Under the pieces are notes generated by a model that had not been told where the DNA came from, ran no database searches, and worked only from the letters and a program-made list of their open reading frames with translations. Shown one piece after another: positions 12,701-27,217 of a stretch of DNA of 64,000 bases. Each line of letters begins with the position of its first letter. The stretch's first letter is position 1. The translations under genes were made by a program, and so were the position numbers. The stretch is from Acanthaster planci (Eukaryota), in assembly GCF_001949145.1 (NCBI RefSeq), contig NW_019091357.1:2338114-2402113 (forward strand). Reading direction: 5' to 3'.

Positions 12701-15700
12701 TACTCCCGATGTATGCTCAACGTTTTTGGTGTTTTTTGGGGTCCATTTCTCGGCATACCGAATATTACATATAGACACGGTGCGGCGGCACTCGACGCGG
12801 CTGCCAAGCTCACCGAACCTGCCTCGTTCACATACGCCGCTGGATTTTTTTTCTTTGCGGTTCCTGACTTGCAGAGCAAACACAAGGCAAGAAGAATCAT
12901 CACCAGGCGAAAGCGCCTCTCAATCAAAGGAACCGGTCATCGGGGACTCCGGAGCAAGTTGACCGTGAATGACTGCCAGAGGAGAAGCCGGCTCCGTTGC
13001 TTTTCATTTCGTTGTTGTCGTAAATTCTCGGGGTAGAATCACCCTTCTTTGTCCAAAATAGAGGAGATTTGTGTGTGTGGCCATTCTTGGTCTTAGTTAA
13101 TTTAGTAAACGCTTGTGAATCGCTTGGATCATTAGATCAATGGAGAGGGCTCGCTTTATAACACGTGAGGTGATTTTTTTAAGTGATTTTTTTTCTTAAT
13201 AAATAATAACCGACATGCTGTCCAATTGACAGGAGTGAAGCGTATGTGTGTGTGTGGGGGGGGGGGAAGGAATACTTGCGAAATGGTACAATCCAATCAG
13301 CAAATGATTCGGTGGTCGTGTGCTTGGTCTTCTCAAGTAAAGCCTTGTATGAAGTTGTCTACGCATTCCACTTCTGATGTGCAAACTGGTGTATCGGTCA
13401 AACATGGAGGAATAAAACCATAAGGTCGAACCAGGAGTTCTTTCTTAGGAAATTGCCCACAACTTCTGCATCTAGACTTAAGGCGTTGTAGATTATGCGT
13501 GAAAGTGCAAATCTGAAGTCGTCAGTGATGTGTCCAGTGTCTTGCTCTTTGTCCATGGCGAAGCCTGAGCAGTGGGGCGGTAAAAAGACTGAGAAAAGAG
13601 CTGCATCGATTATGACCCTTCCATCTCCATTCTGTTGACGATCAGCGCCCGTCTTCAAGGCCCACATTGGCGGCCATCTTCGCCACAGTCGCCGCGTCAT
13701 CACAGAGCGTCGGTGCAATTCTGTTCCCTTCGAACGCCCGCCCTGGCTGCCATGCGGAGATGGCGAAATACCAAGTCGTGTTGTTGCTTGCAGTGAGCCC
13801 TGGCAATTACCACCCTATGCCCGCTGCGTTCGAGATGGCCGGGGCGGCGGGGCGTTAACACAACAGAAACCAGACTCTTAAACCACACACGGGGGGCCTT
13901 CCAAAACAATACATCATCAGCAATCTTCAACTGGCGGTATATTCTTATCAGCTTTACTACGGTTTTTTTTCGTCTCCCGACTCACTGAAAGTCCAACTCG
14001 ATGCTGAAACTCTATATAGCTCGTTTTATTTCCATTTTTCCTCCAATTTGGAAATTGTCACGGCCGGCCTTTGACCTCTGCGAGACGCCATATTGGTTTA
14101 CAAGTATGCCAAGGTACCAGTGAATAATCGTGGCGACTGTCGCCCGTCCAATGACATTGTTAGCTGGTGCCCTGAGGGGGCTCAGCATGCATTGGTGTGA
14201 ACCCACCGTTTTTATAATAACCACTTGTCTCAAGCAATCTGCGTAAATCTTCCAAACAACAGGGAGTTCTCTCATGGTGTATTTATGCAGAAACAGTCTG
14301 GGAACATTACGTACGAGGTAAAAGATGACGACTTCACATATCACACAAATCTGTTTTAACGTTTAAGGAGTGGTTTCAAGGGACGAGTCCTTGTTGTTCT
14401 TCTTTTTTCTTTTTGGAGTAACTAATCTCATCATTTCGGTCGTTACCATGGATGAAGTGTCATTAGAAAAGTCGGTGCCTTTATTCAGTGTCGTGATAAG
14501 CCGTTTTGGCAATCAATGGTTGGTCATTCTTGGCTCGTGATTGCACCCAGGTGTCCAGTCCATGTCGACCACTTCTGTCGCCAAGTCCCAACCGATCCAC
14601 GCCGATGAGGATAATTAGGAGAGGTGGTGACGGGACACCTTGCTAATTGATTTGTCATAGAGGAGCAATTAAGACGATTTTGCGGTCGGCTCTGGCCAGG
14701 CGTCAAACCGCACACGGGCGCATCAAGGCAAGTCGATGAATGGCCGATATCGAGGGATTGTTCCTTTAGCACTCTACAGTACATCTCATTAAATCAGAAC
14801 TGTTGCTGTCGTTCTTGGGAGAGGAACGGAATTGTTCCTTCACAGATACTTAATTGTTTTAATAATTAGTTAATAAGGTTAAGCTTAAAATGACAGTTGG
14901 CTAACAATCATAGTGATCGTAGTCGAGTGCACAAAGTTGTGCGTGGATTATGATAGGCCTACACACACAAATTATGTTCGCAACTTCTGGTAAATTAGGT
15001 TTAGGTTTGTAAGCCTCGGGAAAAGCATTAACAAGAACAAAAAATAACAAACTAAACTAAAATGTGTACATTGCAAAGATATATACAGACGTAACAGCAC
15101 ACACTGACGCTATCTCACAAAGGAGTATGTATTTCTTCAATTCTTTTTTTTTATCTGTTACTCTGGCAAAGTGGTAAGCAGATCTGAATGAAATGGGTTT
15201 AAAAGTTAAACTGCGAGCTTAGGCAGTTTTTCAGTGTCATGCCATGCACTTCATTTTTTAAGGAATGATTTCTCATCTCTCGTGGTCTTTCGCAATTGCT
15301 ACACACAAAGTCAGAGCCTGTCAAGATTGTAGCCAGGACAAACATTGCTAGTAGCCCAGTGCCCTCAAGCCACATCCTGTCTGTCCCTGAGTGACTGTTT
15401 CGAAAAGTAAAGGAGCACCGGTATCGAAAACAAACGGGAGTCGAGGCAAATACAAAGTCTCACATCGATACTGGTCAGACTATTCGGTGTCGATTCAGAG
15501 GTCGAAATCTTTGGTACGACGGAGCGAGAAACTTGTACTTGGTCGCGGAAAGGAGTCATTTGTGACCTGCAGTTTTCAGTCTTTTGAAGAGGTTTTCCTT
15601 GGGAACGTCACCGGGCAGCAACAATAAAAAAAGCCCCTTTAAGACTTTACTGAGCCCAATTGCAAAATACGGAGGAAGAATTCACTCAGCGTGTAGATTG

Positions 15701-18069
15701 AGGCAATGTCCGCTGTGCGGGGAAGTGATGCAGGTCGACCACGGGGCCTAGACACGGCCAGTTCCTTCGGGCAGCTCGGATAATTTTTTTTTTGGCTTAC
15801 TGCTAAATTTTCCTCCTATCCTGCCGAGCTTCAAAGCTCAAGTTTGAACAGGTTTACCCAAGTTCGGAGCTAAGATAAAAGTGGGACCATGGGTTTCAGC
15901 TCTGTTGCGGGTAGGCTCCCGTTCAATGTTCCAAGGTTTCCTGTAACATGTGTTTTAGATTACAATTTTTGTTTGAGTGTTTAAAGCGTGGTTGGAACGA
16001 TTCGATTCTCGGTTCTTGCGATGGCTTCCAGACAGGCATATTTGAGGGCAGGAATCCCAAAGTGGCGATCGCGGAAGTTCATAGATGCTGAAAGTTGTAA
16101 GCCGTGGGGTTTTGCCCAATCGAAGAAGGGTAACACGTCTGATTCGGGACCGCATGCAGTTGAGTGTTGAGTTAAGAGGAACCAGATCACTTCCACGTTC
16201 CCCTTTCTCGAGATGATTTAGCGTAGTATCTCTTACAAACCTTGATATGCCGGTCACCCCCGTTGCGTTCTTGCTGAAAATTGCTGCAGATTTGTCACCG
16301 TTAATTGGGGGTAATGTAAGATGTCATTCTCTGGGTTGTAGTGTCCACTTCCAGGTCCAGTCCCAATTTTGCAGGTGCAGTCCCCCCCTCCCCTTCGCCT
16401 CGTCAGTCGTCGAGCTGATTTGAGTAAGAGAATTTCTCGACGTTGTGTAAAGATGATTAATAGTGGATAGTGCGTTCACCATTGACTAATGATAATTCTG
16501 CGCCGGGTCGAATCCGAGAGCTGCCCCCTCCTCTAAAAACAACACTGCAGGTCATCGACCGTTCGCTGGCTCGAGTTCGTCAGGTTTGCATTTTCATCTC
16601 GGACAACGAATGACAATGTGTCATGGGGGGCCCCGGTCACACGACTGCGATGCCTTGACAAGCTAAACCGTTTCGATATTATGGCAAACGACACCAGGTA
16701 ATTGTTAAACTGCATACGTCTAGACAATATGAACAATAAATCACCCGGCAGAGGGCCGCGATGACGGATGCCCACTTCCTCCTTCCTCGGGTCATGTCGT
16801 ATATAGAGCAACTAGAGGGGATACACTCCCTCATTGCCCTCATCCCCGGGGATAGTTACCCCCGTGATGTGTCCCCTCCCCCGTGACTTCATCTATCACA
16901 ACTTGGGGGGCCCCACATGCCTTTTGTGGATGTGTTGTCTGTCTACAGCCACATTGGTTTCATTACCGTCTTGTAATAGTGTTGGGGTGAGAGATGTTCC
17001 GTCTTTATTGCTCCAACAACATGGCTCTGTTTTCCAACAGGGAAACGGTTGGCATAATTGGTTGAACACAGCTTTGCACAGGTCTCGTGTCAGAAAGATC
17101 ACGGAGTCGCACCCTTTCCTGACGGTGAATTCAGTTAAGTTGCATATATAGTCAGGACCCTCCTACATTCAGCATTTTAGACTCGGGCTGCATATGTTTC
17201 CCACTCGTTTTTGATCTCCATCCCCATGAAATGAAGTATCGTCCGTTGACCTCCATTCTCCCGCGCCTTTTTCGTTCCCATTTGACTTCTCAAGCTGCAC
17301 TGGGTGAAAAGTAACGTCTCTGGAAATTACAAAATAAGAAAGCCGATTGATAAGTTAAAGAATTGATGAAAACGATTGACGTTCGCTGACAAGATTCATT
17401 TCTGTCATCCATTTTCTTGGGCGACATTGCGCTTGTGCAAAGCTGGATCTGCCAAATCTTGTCGGGAGTTGCGCTTGACAGCAGGAAAGATAACCAGTTA
17501 AATAGTTAATTCACAGATTGAAAGTGCAATATTTCCAGTCACCGTCGCTACAGTACATATAAATCGGATCGGCTCTTAGAACCTGTGCACGCACAGCGGT
17601 TACCAATGCACACCACGACGAGAAGGAACTGAACACGCATTCATGTGCTATTCACATTAGCGTACACCGCCTTATTAAATGGGTACTTGTATTTGATTCG
17701 GTGACCGAATGACTAATCTTGAGTGACCGAATTCTGCTGACAAATTTAATCAAACACTTTAAAGTAACACTGTGGAAATGCTGGATCATAATTAACTTAC
17801 TTTGTTCACAGCTTACAGATCACTTTCATTTTACCTACAATTTGTATGGACAGCCAACGGTTACAGAGGAATCCCCCTTGGTTGGTTTTTGACGTTACAT
17901 CAAATTTGTTCAAAGTGAACACTTGTCCCATTAATTTTAAAGTATGGTTGTGTGTTCGTTTAGGATTTAATAGTGCGCGTATTTCTTTCTGGTGTTCTGA
18001 TAACTGCGTGCGATTTCAACACTTTATTCTTTACACTGTGTAATGATGGTCAGCCATTGTTTTAGTCAA

Positions 18070-18238
18070 TACGGGCGAAGCACACTAGTGCGCCTCCGAG
18101 AGTTTGCAACGCGTTGTCCAATCGCAATGCCCGAAATCTGTCGACCCAGTGCGCGTTTGGAAAGGGTCGACAGATTTTGCGCACTGTGATTGGTCAACTT
18201 GCAAACTCTTAGAGGCGCACTATTGTGAATCGCCCGTA
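18070..18238. mobile_element. Palindromic (fold-back) MITE-like element flanked by TA
   Basis: Arms are reverse complements almost throughout: TACGGGCGA/TCGCCCGTA, TAGTGCGCCTC/GAGGCGCACTA, AGAGTTTGCAA/TTGCAAACTCT, CCAATCGCA/TGTGATTGG, AAATCTGTCGACCC/GGGTCGACAGATTT, with a 16-nt central loop. Confidence 0.75.
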
Positions 18239-21200
18239 ATGTAGGAAAAACACGACTGTGACGTAATAAGAGGCAGACCCTGTACATGACAGAAGACGTG
18301 TAAAAGATGTTTGTATCTGAAATTGTGTTAAAGTAAAAATCATTTCCATTTGGTTATTTTAAGGAACATGTTTGTGCTTAAAAATCTAGTCAAACTTTGA
18401 GTGGAAGTTTGTTCGTAATTCCACTTTCCCCAAGTTACATTGACTGTAATTCTCATCACGTACAGGGTAATTTTTTGGGGGACACTTTTGTGTTTTAGTG
18501 GTCAGTTCTGGTATGCATTAAACCTTAATTCACAAAAAAGTACAATTTTGTTTTGAGTGTAAACGTTAAAGCCACAGCGCACATAAAATGAACGATTTGA
18601 TGGGAATCATCTCAGTTTGATTTGAATGATTAGTTTAATGACGATATTGCAAAGGCGTACCTCTCTGTATCTCAAACAAAATGGAATTCCATGGTGTTTG
18701 AGATATTGTTTGAGAGTGTTCTTGTAATAGATCGATGCGTACATTGCATATAGCCCCAGCTCTTCGCTGGGTAGGGTATTTAACCTGAGTTGAACTTTCG
18801 ACGGGTCTGTTTTTCTCATTACACCACCTACGCCGAGCAGCCAGAGCGACCGGGTCCCCCCCCCTCCCGCCTTGAATCGACGGGGGGCCCCCGGTGCGGC
18901 CCTCTCTCCTAACCCGCTGCTTCTCTCTCCCTCTTGGAGTTTGCGATCGCCCGGCGTGTGGATGTATATAAAAAGGGGTCTTTGACCAGGCCCCGGGTTG
19001 ACGTTTGTCGGGAGATTTACCGGGTTAACCCCGACGGTTTGGGAGGGATCTTCGTCTGTCAGTACTGCAGCAGGTTTTTTTTTTGCGGGACGAGTTGGCA
19101 GTGAATGCCCTGTTGTGACTTCGTCGGAGGGAAAAAAGAGAATATAGGAATGTCTTTTTGTCGCACATCAAGGAATGCCATTAGCTGTACGTGGCGGAAA
19201 GTGCATATACACGTACATGTACACTGAAACATTGCAAACTGTAGACCTATGCAACAACTTGAGTCAACGTGTTGAAGGAAATCCCAACTTCAGGGGACAG
19301 AACTTGTACACACTATTGTTCGAATGCTGCTCGTGTGCTGTCGTAGTTTTTAAAAGCCTGGATAACGCCGTTTTCCCAGCAAATTCACAAGTGGCCCATA
19401 CAACAGGAAGGACTTCGCCTCTGCTGTCTTAAACACGGAGCAAAACTTTGAGAAGGTTTCTGTTGTATCCATGCTGAATCGCCCGTTCATCCAATAGAAA
19501 CCATTCACTGCTCATTCAACATGCTGTAGTCTTCTTTTTTTTTCAGGCGGTGTAAGAGATAAAATACCTTTAGCATAGAATCTGTTTAGTTTGTTGGAGA
19601 TCGTTGCTGTCACAGCCTACACATGTGTACTGTGCGTGTTTTCCACCTCATTTGTTGGCGACCGCTTCCAGTACGTCGCGCACAAGGCTTCTCTCCTTAG
19701 ACGCTAATGCTGACATCTGGCTTTGCGCCCAAACAGCCATCCCCCTCCAAAATGTTCGCCTCTTGTGCCCCTTTTTTTATTCTCGCCGTAGGGACATCTT
19801 TGCATCTTTGTCTTTCCCAATTTCCAGCCCCCTTGTCCCCTGATTGATTGCGCCTGCCAACCAGCCTGCCCTAACCCTCCCGAAGCCCATACATGTAAAA
19901 TTGTCGCCAAGAGACTTTGGGCTCCCTTTTAAATCCACCCTTTTCATCTCTCCCCTTTCTCTCTTTTTTTCCTCTCTCTCTGTGTTCTAATTAAATCCCA
20001 AATACATAATGCATCGGCTTTATGATTAATGAGTCATAAAACGTGTTCCCAGCCACCCCTTGGAAGGAGTCGGTATCTTCTCAGCCTCGTTCCATGGGAC
20101 TGTGTCAGTCTCTCCTGGGGATTTTACACACACTCTCATCATACATATGCACATGGGCTCGAGTACCCGGCTTGAGCATTTTGTTGGTGGCATGCGCATA
20201 GGAGACACACATCATCCAAGATTACAGAGTAAACTCGGACCGTGTTTTTTTTTTGGTCTCTCCCTGATTATGTGCCTCTCCAGCGCACAGGGCCTAGTAC
20301 TGCTCGCATCGATGTCCTAGTTGCCGAAAGCCGACCACTGTCCACTCTACGCGATAGGTCCCACCGCCCTAACTGTGTCGGTCGGATCCGGCTCTTGGGT
20401 TGAGACATCACACTAATCCTGTCGCAGATAGCACACTTTAGTGTCCCCTGCCGCCTCCCGCCATGTGGCAGCTCGCAAAAGCAATAACCAGATGGTAGCC
20501 TTTAATGTTTTAAGTTCCGTACATTTTTCGAAACTGTCTTGAGTACATAATTATCTGCGGAAACAGGAGAAATTGCAGCATAAATTATGATGACATTGTG
20601 TGGCGCATACACTATATACGAGTCTGTGACTTGCCAATCACTAAATCGAATCACTCTAATCCAAATTCATTTGGGGGAAACTTATCAGAGAAATATTGCT
20701 CCTCAAATGATGGGCTCTGGTTACCCACGTGCCGTTTTCTATAACGCTCTGCTTTTGGCGACGGGTAATCCTGAGACCGTTTCTCCATCCCAAACATTGA
20801 CTTTGACTCGTGATATCTAGACGCCTTTCAAGGCTTTTTACATTCAACATTTTCCTCCCGCTGCATGCTCCGTCCACCTGTCACCGTCTAACCGTAAATG
20901 CCCCCCTTCGATTTCTCGCGGTATTATGATCCGCCTCCCTTAGACAAATTCAGCGCGAATCACGACCACTTGATTCCAACAGGAAAGATGATTTAAACTT
21001 CGATTTTTGTAGCCGTCCGCGGGGACACGAACTCGGGAAGAGTAGAGCGGCGAAGCAGGGTAGTTTACCCGTGGATATCAGAAGCAAGACAGCTGTTCGT
21101 GGGGATCGCATTCCAAAAAAATTCAGGCGGAGATGAAGAAGGGGAAAAAAGGTGATGAGAGTAGAAATTGGTAAAATCGGATCAGAGGTGTTTATTATGC

Positions 21201-24200
21201 GACGTCAATTGCAGGCACGTTTTCCTGGACTATTTAATTCGGCGTCGAAATGAGCGGAACTGCAGCAAGTGCCCGCCCAACGTTTCTGTTTTGCAATTCG
21301 ATTCGTCGTTGATATTCATGTGACTGTGACCGAGATGACATTAGGCTCACGGCTACCTGGGAGGATGACATTTGCGCAGAAATAAAGAACCAAGCTGGAG
21401 TGCAGGTTAGTTGAGTCTTGTGACGTGCTTTTAAACGGGACAAAGAAACCTCCATGGCGCTCGGGAAAGCTGATGAGAGCGGATCGACCTGGCGCCATGG
21501 TGATACCAACCGGTCTCCATGGCGACACCAACTGCTCGTTCCCATTTGGCATCACCCGATAGTCTGCGAGCAACATGGCCGCTCTCATGGTCCCCTCATG
21601 GTTCTTACCCCGTAATGCGTTGGTAATTGAATCGTTCTCTGGCAAAAGTTGGCAGAGGTTGTCTGTTCATACCCCTGTCGACGCCCCGGCTCAACTCCGC
21701 CCCCCCCCCAATCTAAGGTCGGTTGGCCTCCCTCTCGGGCCGTCGATCGATCTGCCCTGGGCGTTTTTATCTCGAGCAGGGCATGCGCTATAGGCGAATC
21801 GCAGGGGAAATGTAACATGTCTGGGATGAACCTAAGGTCATATATTATTTCAGTGATATGGGTCAATCCCTGCTGACGAAGGACACGTACAAATATCAGA
21901 ATATCCCATATTGGATTGACCTTCATCAACCAAGGAATAGAGTAGGTCAGACTGTGCAGTGACAATAACCATAGCTTTTTTTTGAGTATGATACCCATGC
22001 CAGTTCCTCGCCCTATATCGAAACTATTTCTGTCAATCTAGCACACATCGTTACAATGGCCCGACGCACTGTATGCCTTTTGCTTTTTTTTGGAGGAAGT
22101 TTTGACAAAGGAAATTGAAGAAAGTGAGTCAGATGGCAGTCCATCTACAGGTGGGACGGCGGGCAGGAAGGATTGATTGTCTCTGCGGCTTGACAAAGAT
22201 GGATCTGAAATGGCGGGAAAAATGGCAATGGAAAATTGTTTTCAGGTGCGATTTTCGAACCTCCCATCCTTCTTGGCCGAGCGCAGGTTGACAGGGGAGC
22301 GGGGTTAACCGAACCTCTTTGTCTGCGGTCAACTTCCCCCCCCCCCCGCTATTTTTTTCCCCGGCAGAACTTGGACGGCAACGCGAGTCGCTTCATACAG
22401 TCTTCAAAGGTCGCGAGAAATTTTGCAGATGGGAAGCAGAGGTCAATGCGCATGCGCAGTGCAAGCAAGCCGCTGTCAGTCGTCTTGGTCCCAGAAGCAG
22501 AAGGGGGCCCGCCTGCAGCGACACGCCTAAATTCGCCAAATTAACAGAATAAAAGACACGAAGATGAATACCCCTGTCGTTTCAAGGAGGTAATTTGAGT
22601 GGGCGCAGGTTTAGGCGCGTCTCCCCTGACTTGCATGAATCAGCCTTCAACAAAATGTTCATAACAGTTCCTGTTCGTGACGCGTATTCTGACCTCAAAC
22701 AATCCAGAAAGTAAAGGTCTACTTGCATTGCGTGTATGTACTAAAGCCCAAAGCGCTTCCCCTCGGTCCTAATTTTTTTTTTCATCCACACGGCTGGTTG
22801 TTGCCTCATGCTGTTTCGTATTTTTGGGATCCCGGGCCCCCGTCTTTCATCAACCTAAAATTGTTGGCTGGCTCAGGGATAAGGGAACGGCGGCCCCCGA
22901 AGCCATGCCGTAAATCAGTCGCGAGTCGCCTACAACCAAGCGCCCTGATTGATCCGCTGTTCCTCTGTGCACTGCGCTGCCAGCCGCGGCCACCGCTCAC
23001 ATTTTAGCGCGACCGGCTCGACGATGTGTGCGGGGTTGGTGAAGCTCCGACGCACAGTGAATCATCGAACTCGAGCTCACTGCGATCAAACTCAAATGCG
23101 CAATGATACGGTGCAGCGTGTACAGTGTACAGATAAAACTTAATCATCTCAAGTCGGTGATGTTGTCAGGCTCGAGCCATTTATTTTAAAGGACCATTTG
23201 CCGGAAGCGCATTCCTTATTGCAAACATATCTCATAGTCTGTTTGGTGTAGCTTTATGGAGCATGTCAGTTGGTGTTTTTATGGAAAAAAAATCTTTGAC
23301 TGGATTCTTGCGTCTTAGTGGTTTCAGTCGTTTTTGACCTGCTAGAAGAGGAATGTAATAATATGTTATGGTGGAGCTTGTTTAAAAATAAGCATCTTTT
23401 TGCTGGCGAATTTTTGTGGGGGGGTGCATCAGCAAATTCTCTGACTGGCAGTAACGTGGTGGAGCTTGCACGTGGAGAAGAGCCGGACACTCGTCTGTCG
23501 TCGGACTGCAAAGCATACTGGAAGTCGCGGTGTCGTCGAGGGACACGACTTCCTATAGATACTTCCTTTTGGAGTCTGTGCACTTGTTGGAATGATTGCC
23601 GATAATTGATTGCAGTGAATATTGTCAACTTTTTCGACTCCGGTCCGGAAGCCGCAGAGGACAAACTGGATTTGGGCTTCGATTTAGAAAAGTAAATATT
23701 CTTAAAACGGTGCGTAAATGTTTGACCAGGTGGGCGGTGCGCGCGTGAGCACGAGGTGGCGCTGATGGGGTCCATCCGGGGTCACGCAATCTGCAAGATC
23801 GTCGGGCTGAGTTCGAGGTTGATGCGGGTAATGCGTCTGAGACGCGTTAACGATATCAATTATCGTTCCCTAAAAGTCGTGCAGAGCGCCGTCACAGCCA
23901 ATCAAACCGAACGGCTCGTCCGTCATCAGAGCAGAAATCACCATCTTGAAATCATATATGACACTGATTGGAGTGGATGGGCTGCGCGAACCTTGCGTAC
24001 TTGGGGAACTGTCACTGCTTTGCAAACCTCACATTGAATAGACAATTCTGGGATGTAAACGCAAGACCTACTAAGCTGCTTAACTCACAGACGTCGCTCA
24101 ACATATTTTCAGATCCCTTTGCAAAAACAAACCATGATTTTTCCAAACTGAAACACTTTTATTCATTAAGAATGTAAGCACACACACGAAAAGCTTCAAA

Positions 24201-27037
24201 ACCTCTTTCACGTATAACTCTTTCCAGACTCCAAACAATCTGATTTCGAAAAAGACTTGAATGTTTTGAACCGACCAATAAAGTGGATGGCGCGTTCTTT
24301 TTTTTTCATTTTCCAATGTTCAGAGAAGCCACACATGCGGCATTGACGTCATCCGCACAGTTCCTTGGTTCATGGAGACTTCCGATTGTTACAAGGTCAG
24401 ACAATCATCTCTCTTATTCTTTTATTCCAGAAAAAAATGGGACTCTTGCTCCTCCCCCCCCAAATCGATGACGTTTTCTTTCAAAATCAGCATCATTCAG
24501 CAGCTGTTAAGTGAAAGAGATGCAAATCGATGTCAAAGTTTAAGGTCCGATGGTTTTTATGATGGCAATGAATAATGTAAACGGCAATTGGGATTAAGGA
24601 GTGATGAGGCTTTTCCGTTGGAGCGTGCCTGATTGAGAATCTATCTTACCGTTGTGAACAGAGACCGCCCGACTGGCGACAATGACCGTTTTGGAACATT
24701 TCATGTCTTGTTGGTGCACCATCCTAAATAGTGTATAGTCGTGCGCCTTTGCAAACAAAAAGGTTCCATAAATGCTTTATTCTATTGTGACAGTTGGTAA
24801 GGGGAAAAATAATCGTTTTTCTTTGACAGTAGTTGTATCTTTGTGTGGGAATGATTGTGTCAGAAACAGCCTGCAGGGTTGGTTGGGACACCGTGTGTTC
24901 ATCTGAAAAAAAAAAAAATCTTCTAAATGTAAATTTTTGTGCAACTGTCGAGGCTGGCCCCTTTGAAAGGGGGATATTGTTTCGCAACAAACGCGGCCCG
25001 TCGTTAAATGACAAATGTCCTTAGTAACAAGCCATCCAAACCAACGAGTACACGTTCACGCTCGCTCTTCAACCACTCCTTTCATGTACTGAGATCACTT
25101 CGCGGCGGAGTGGATGAAACGAACACATAACTCGTCAATGCACAAAACTGGAACCAAAAGGAACCTGTCGCGGTACGTCGACGGGGAACAAAGTGGAGCA
25201 TTTTATGTCCCTCAGACGGTTTTGGGGGAGGGGAGGGGGGAACTCCTGAATAAAGGGAATCCAAGGCTTGTCTGGGCGAACAATTAAGGGCAACCTACGG
25301 GACCTCTGCTTGGGTACGGGTGGGTATTTGCTATCTCCCTTTTGGGCTTTTCGCTCTGATGCAATCAATCATGTGAATTGTGAGTTTCGTCGGGACGGCT
25401 GTCTCGTGTCTGTGTCAGCTCAGATCACTGCTGAGTAAAAAATTAAACAAAAACAAAACCAAAAAAAAAAAGTTGCTACCGTACGAAACGACCGTGGTAA
25501 TGTATAGGCCTACATATGCACCCCGCAATCTATGCTTGACTCAGTGTGATCAGGTGGGGTTCGGATATGCTAGGTTTCTCATTTACGAATTACGAAATGA
25601 CCCTTAAAGACAAAGAAGCCGCCACGTGTGAAGTATATGCACTGCTCGATGTTAAAAGAGAATGTGACGCGTGTTTGTGGCGTTGTGGGCAAAGGAAGAA
25701 TTATACGGGAACGTAACGCAGACGTCTTAGCGGATAATGACAACTGACACACTGTATTTTTCAATTTTTCTTATACGCATTTTGCTTGCCCATTTTTCTT
25801 TCGATGTTTTCTTCGAAAATCCCTAAGCAAGTTTTTTATATACAACTGTAAGACCATCATCGGCTCTGCGGCAGGTGTAGCTTTCTCCCCCTACCCCCCG
25901 TGTACCGAAGCAGGGGGTAGGGACGGGGGATCCTTGGCGAGTGTCAGCGCCCATGTTAAGGCTTTCCGCTTTGGATTGGCTCTTAATCCTCTCGGAAGCG
26001 CCTAAGACAACCGGGACGAAGTTGGCGTTGCTTGAGATCCATGAATCACTACCGCCACATCCCAGCTTGATGGGGGGGGGGATAGACCGGCCTTAGCACT
26101 TCTCATTGGCTGACCTACTTTAGCGTCGCTCGTGTCTCATTGGGCCGTCGCTTCCTCATGTGCATGATTGTCTCATGGTGCGTGGAGAATTTTTCATTCT
26201 AGAAAGATCGCATTTGGAAATGAGGTGCCATAAGTTTGTCATTAAATCAAATTAGCCTGATTCTTTTATGGTTTTAAAGTCAACCCAGCCCCCCCCGTTA
26301 ATTTTTTAGAAGTCTTTCGAGATGTAAAAATTTAACTGTAAAGAAACTGGAAGTACCTTTACCAGTTCTGTGCACGAGTGGTTAAAAGGACAGCTTGGAA
26401 AGTCTTGATTGATTAATGGATTGGTTTTTAATCGTGAGGGAATTTTGCTTGGTTTGTACGCAGATTTGTGTGCGTCACGCAAAAAAAAAATTGCTGCCGT
26501 TAATTTTTTATAATCTTTGAAGCTTTGAGCGGCGACTAGACCCTTGTGTTAGTAAAATACTATAAAAAAAACCACAGGGGGGGTGATTCCTACTGCCCAG
26601 TGTATTGTGAGTGTCCAGTGTCTCTTTCATTCATCTAGTGGCTCTGATTAATTTGACCATTTCTGACGACTGCAAAATCGATTCGGGAAGCCTTTCATGC
26701 ACTTGGCCCTTTTCAATGAGGATTTCGTAACACCTGACGTCCATCGCGATAACATTTCCTTGTGCCGTTTGGAAGGGGAAAGGAAATGATCCGGAGAGAG
26801 GCTGTTTTGTTGGAGGCTTAATAGCACGATATCAGGATGAGGAGCAGGTTAATTGGTCAGCAATGACTTCACCTGTTATGAGTGGGGTGGTTTTCCCTTT
26901 CGTTCCTGTGAATTTTACCCAGGATTTGCGTCAATTAATTCAACGTGAATTGTGGCGTTGACGTCCCTGGATCCCAAAGTCGTTATTCGCTGGTTTCGTG
27001 TTCTGTCGTCAGAGTTTTCCAATAAAGCCATTTAGAG

Positions 27038-27217
27038 AAGGAGTGTGAGAATCCATCTTTTTAGCTGATTTCAGCTTTCCTTGGGAAAGACGTTGACCCT
27101 GAATTTCAGATTTTTTTGTATACCTGGTCTGTACAAAAGTATTGGAACTTTTAGCATTTTAAGCTTTTTTTCTAGCTGTTTTTTAGCTTTGATTTTAACT
27201 GGCCACTCACACCCCTG
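27038..27217. mobile_element. Possible degenerate hAT-like MITE
   Basis: Right end CTCACACCCCTG (reverse complement CAGGGGTGTGAG) versus left AAGGAGTGTGAG (10/12 match); interior has repeated TTTAGCT/TTCAGCT motifs. No 8-bp TSD seen. Confidence 0.35.
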
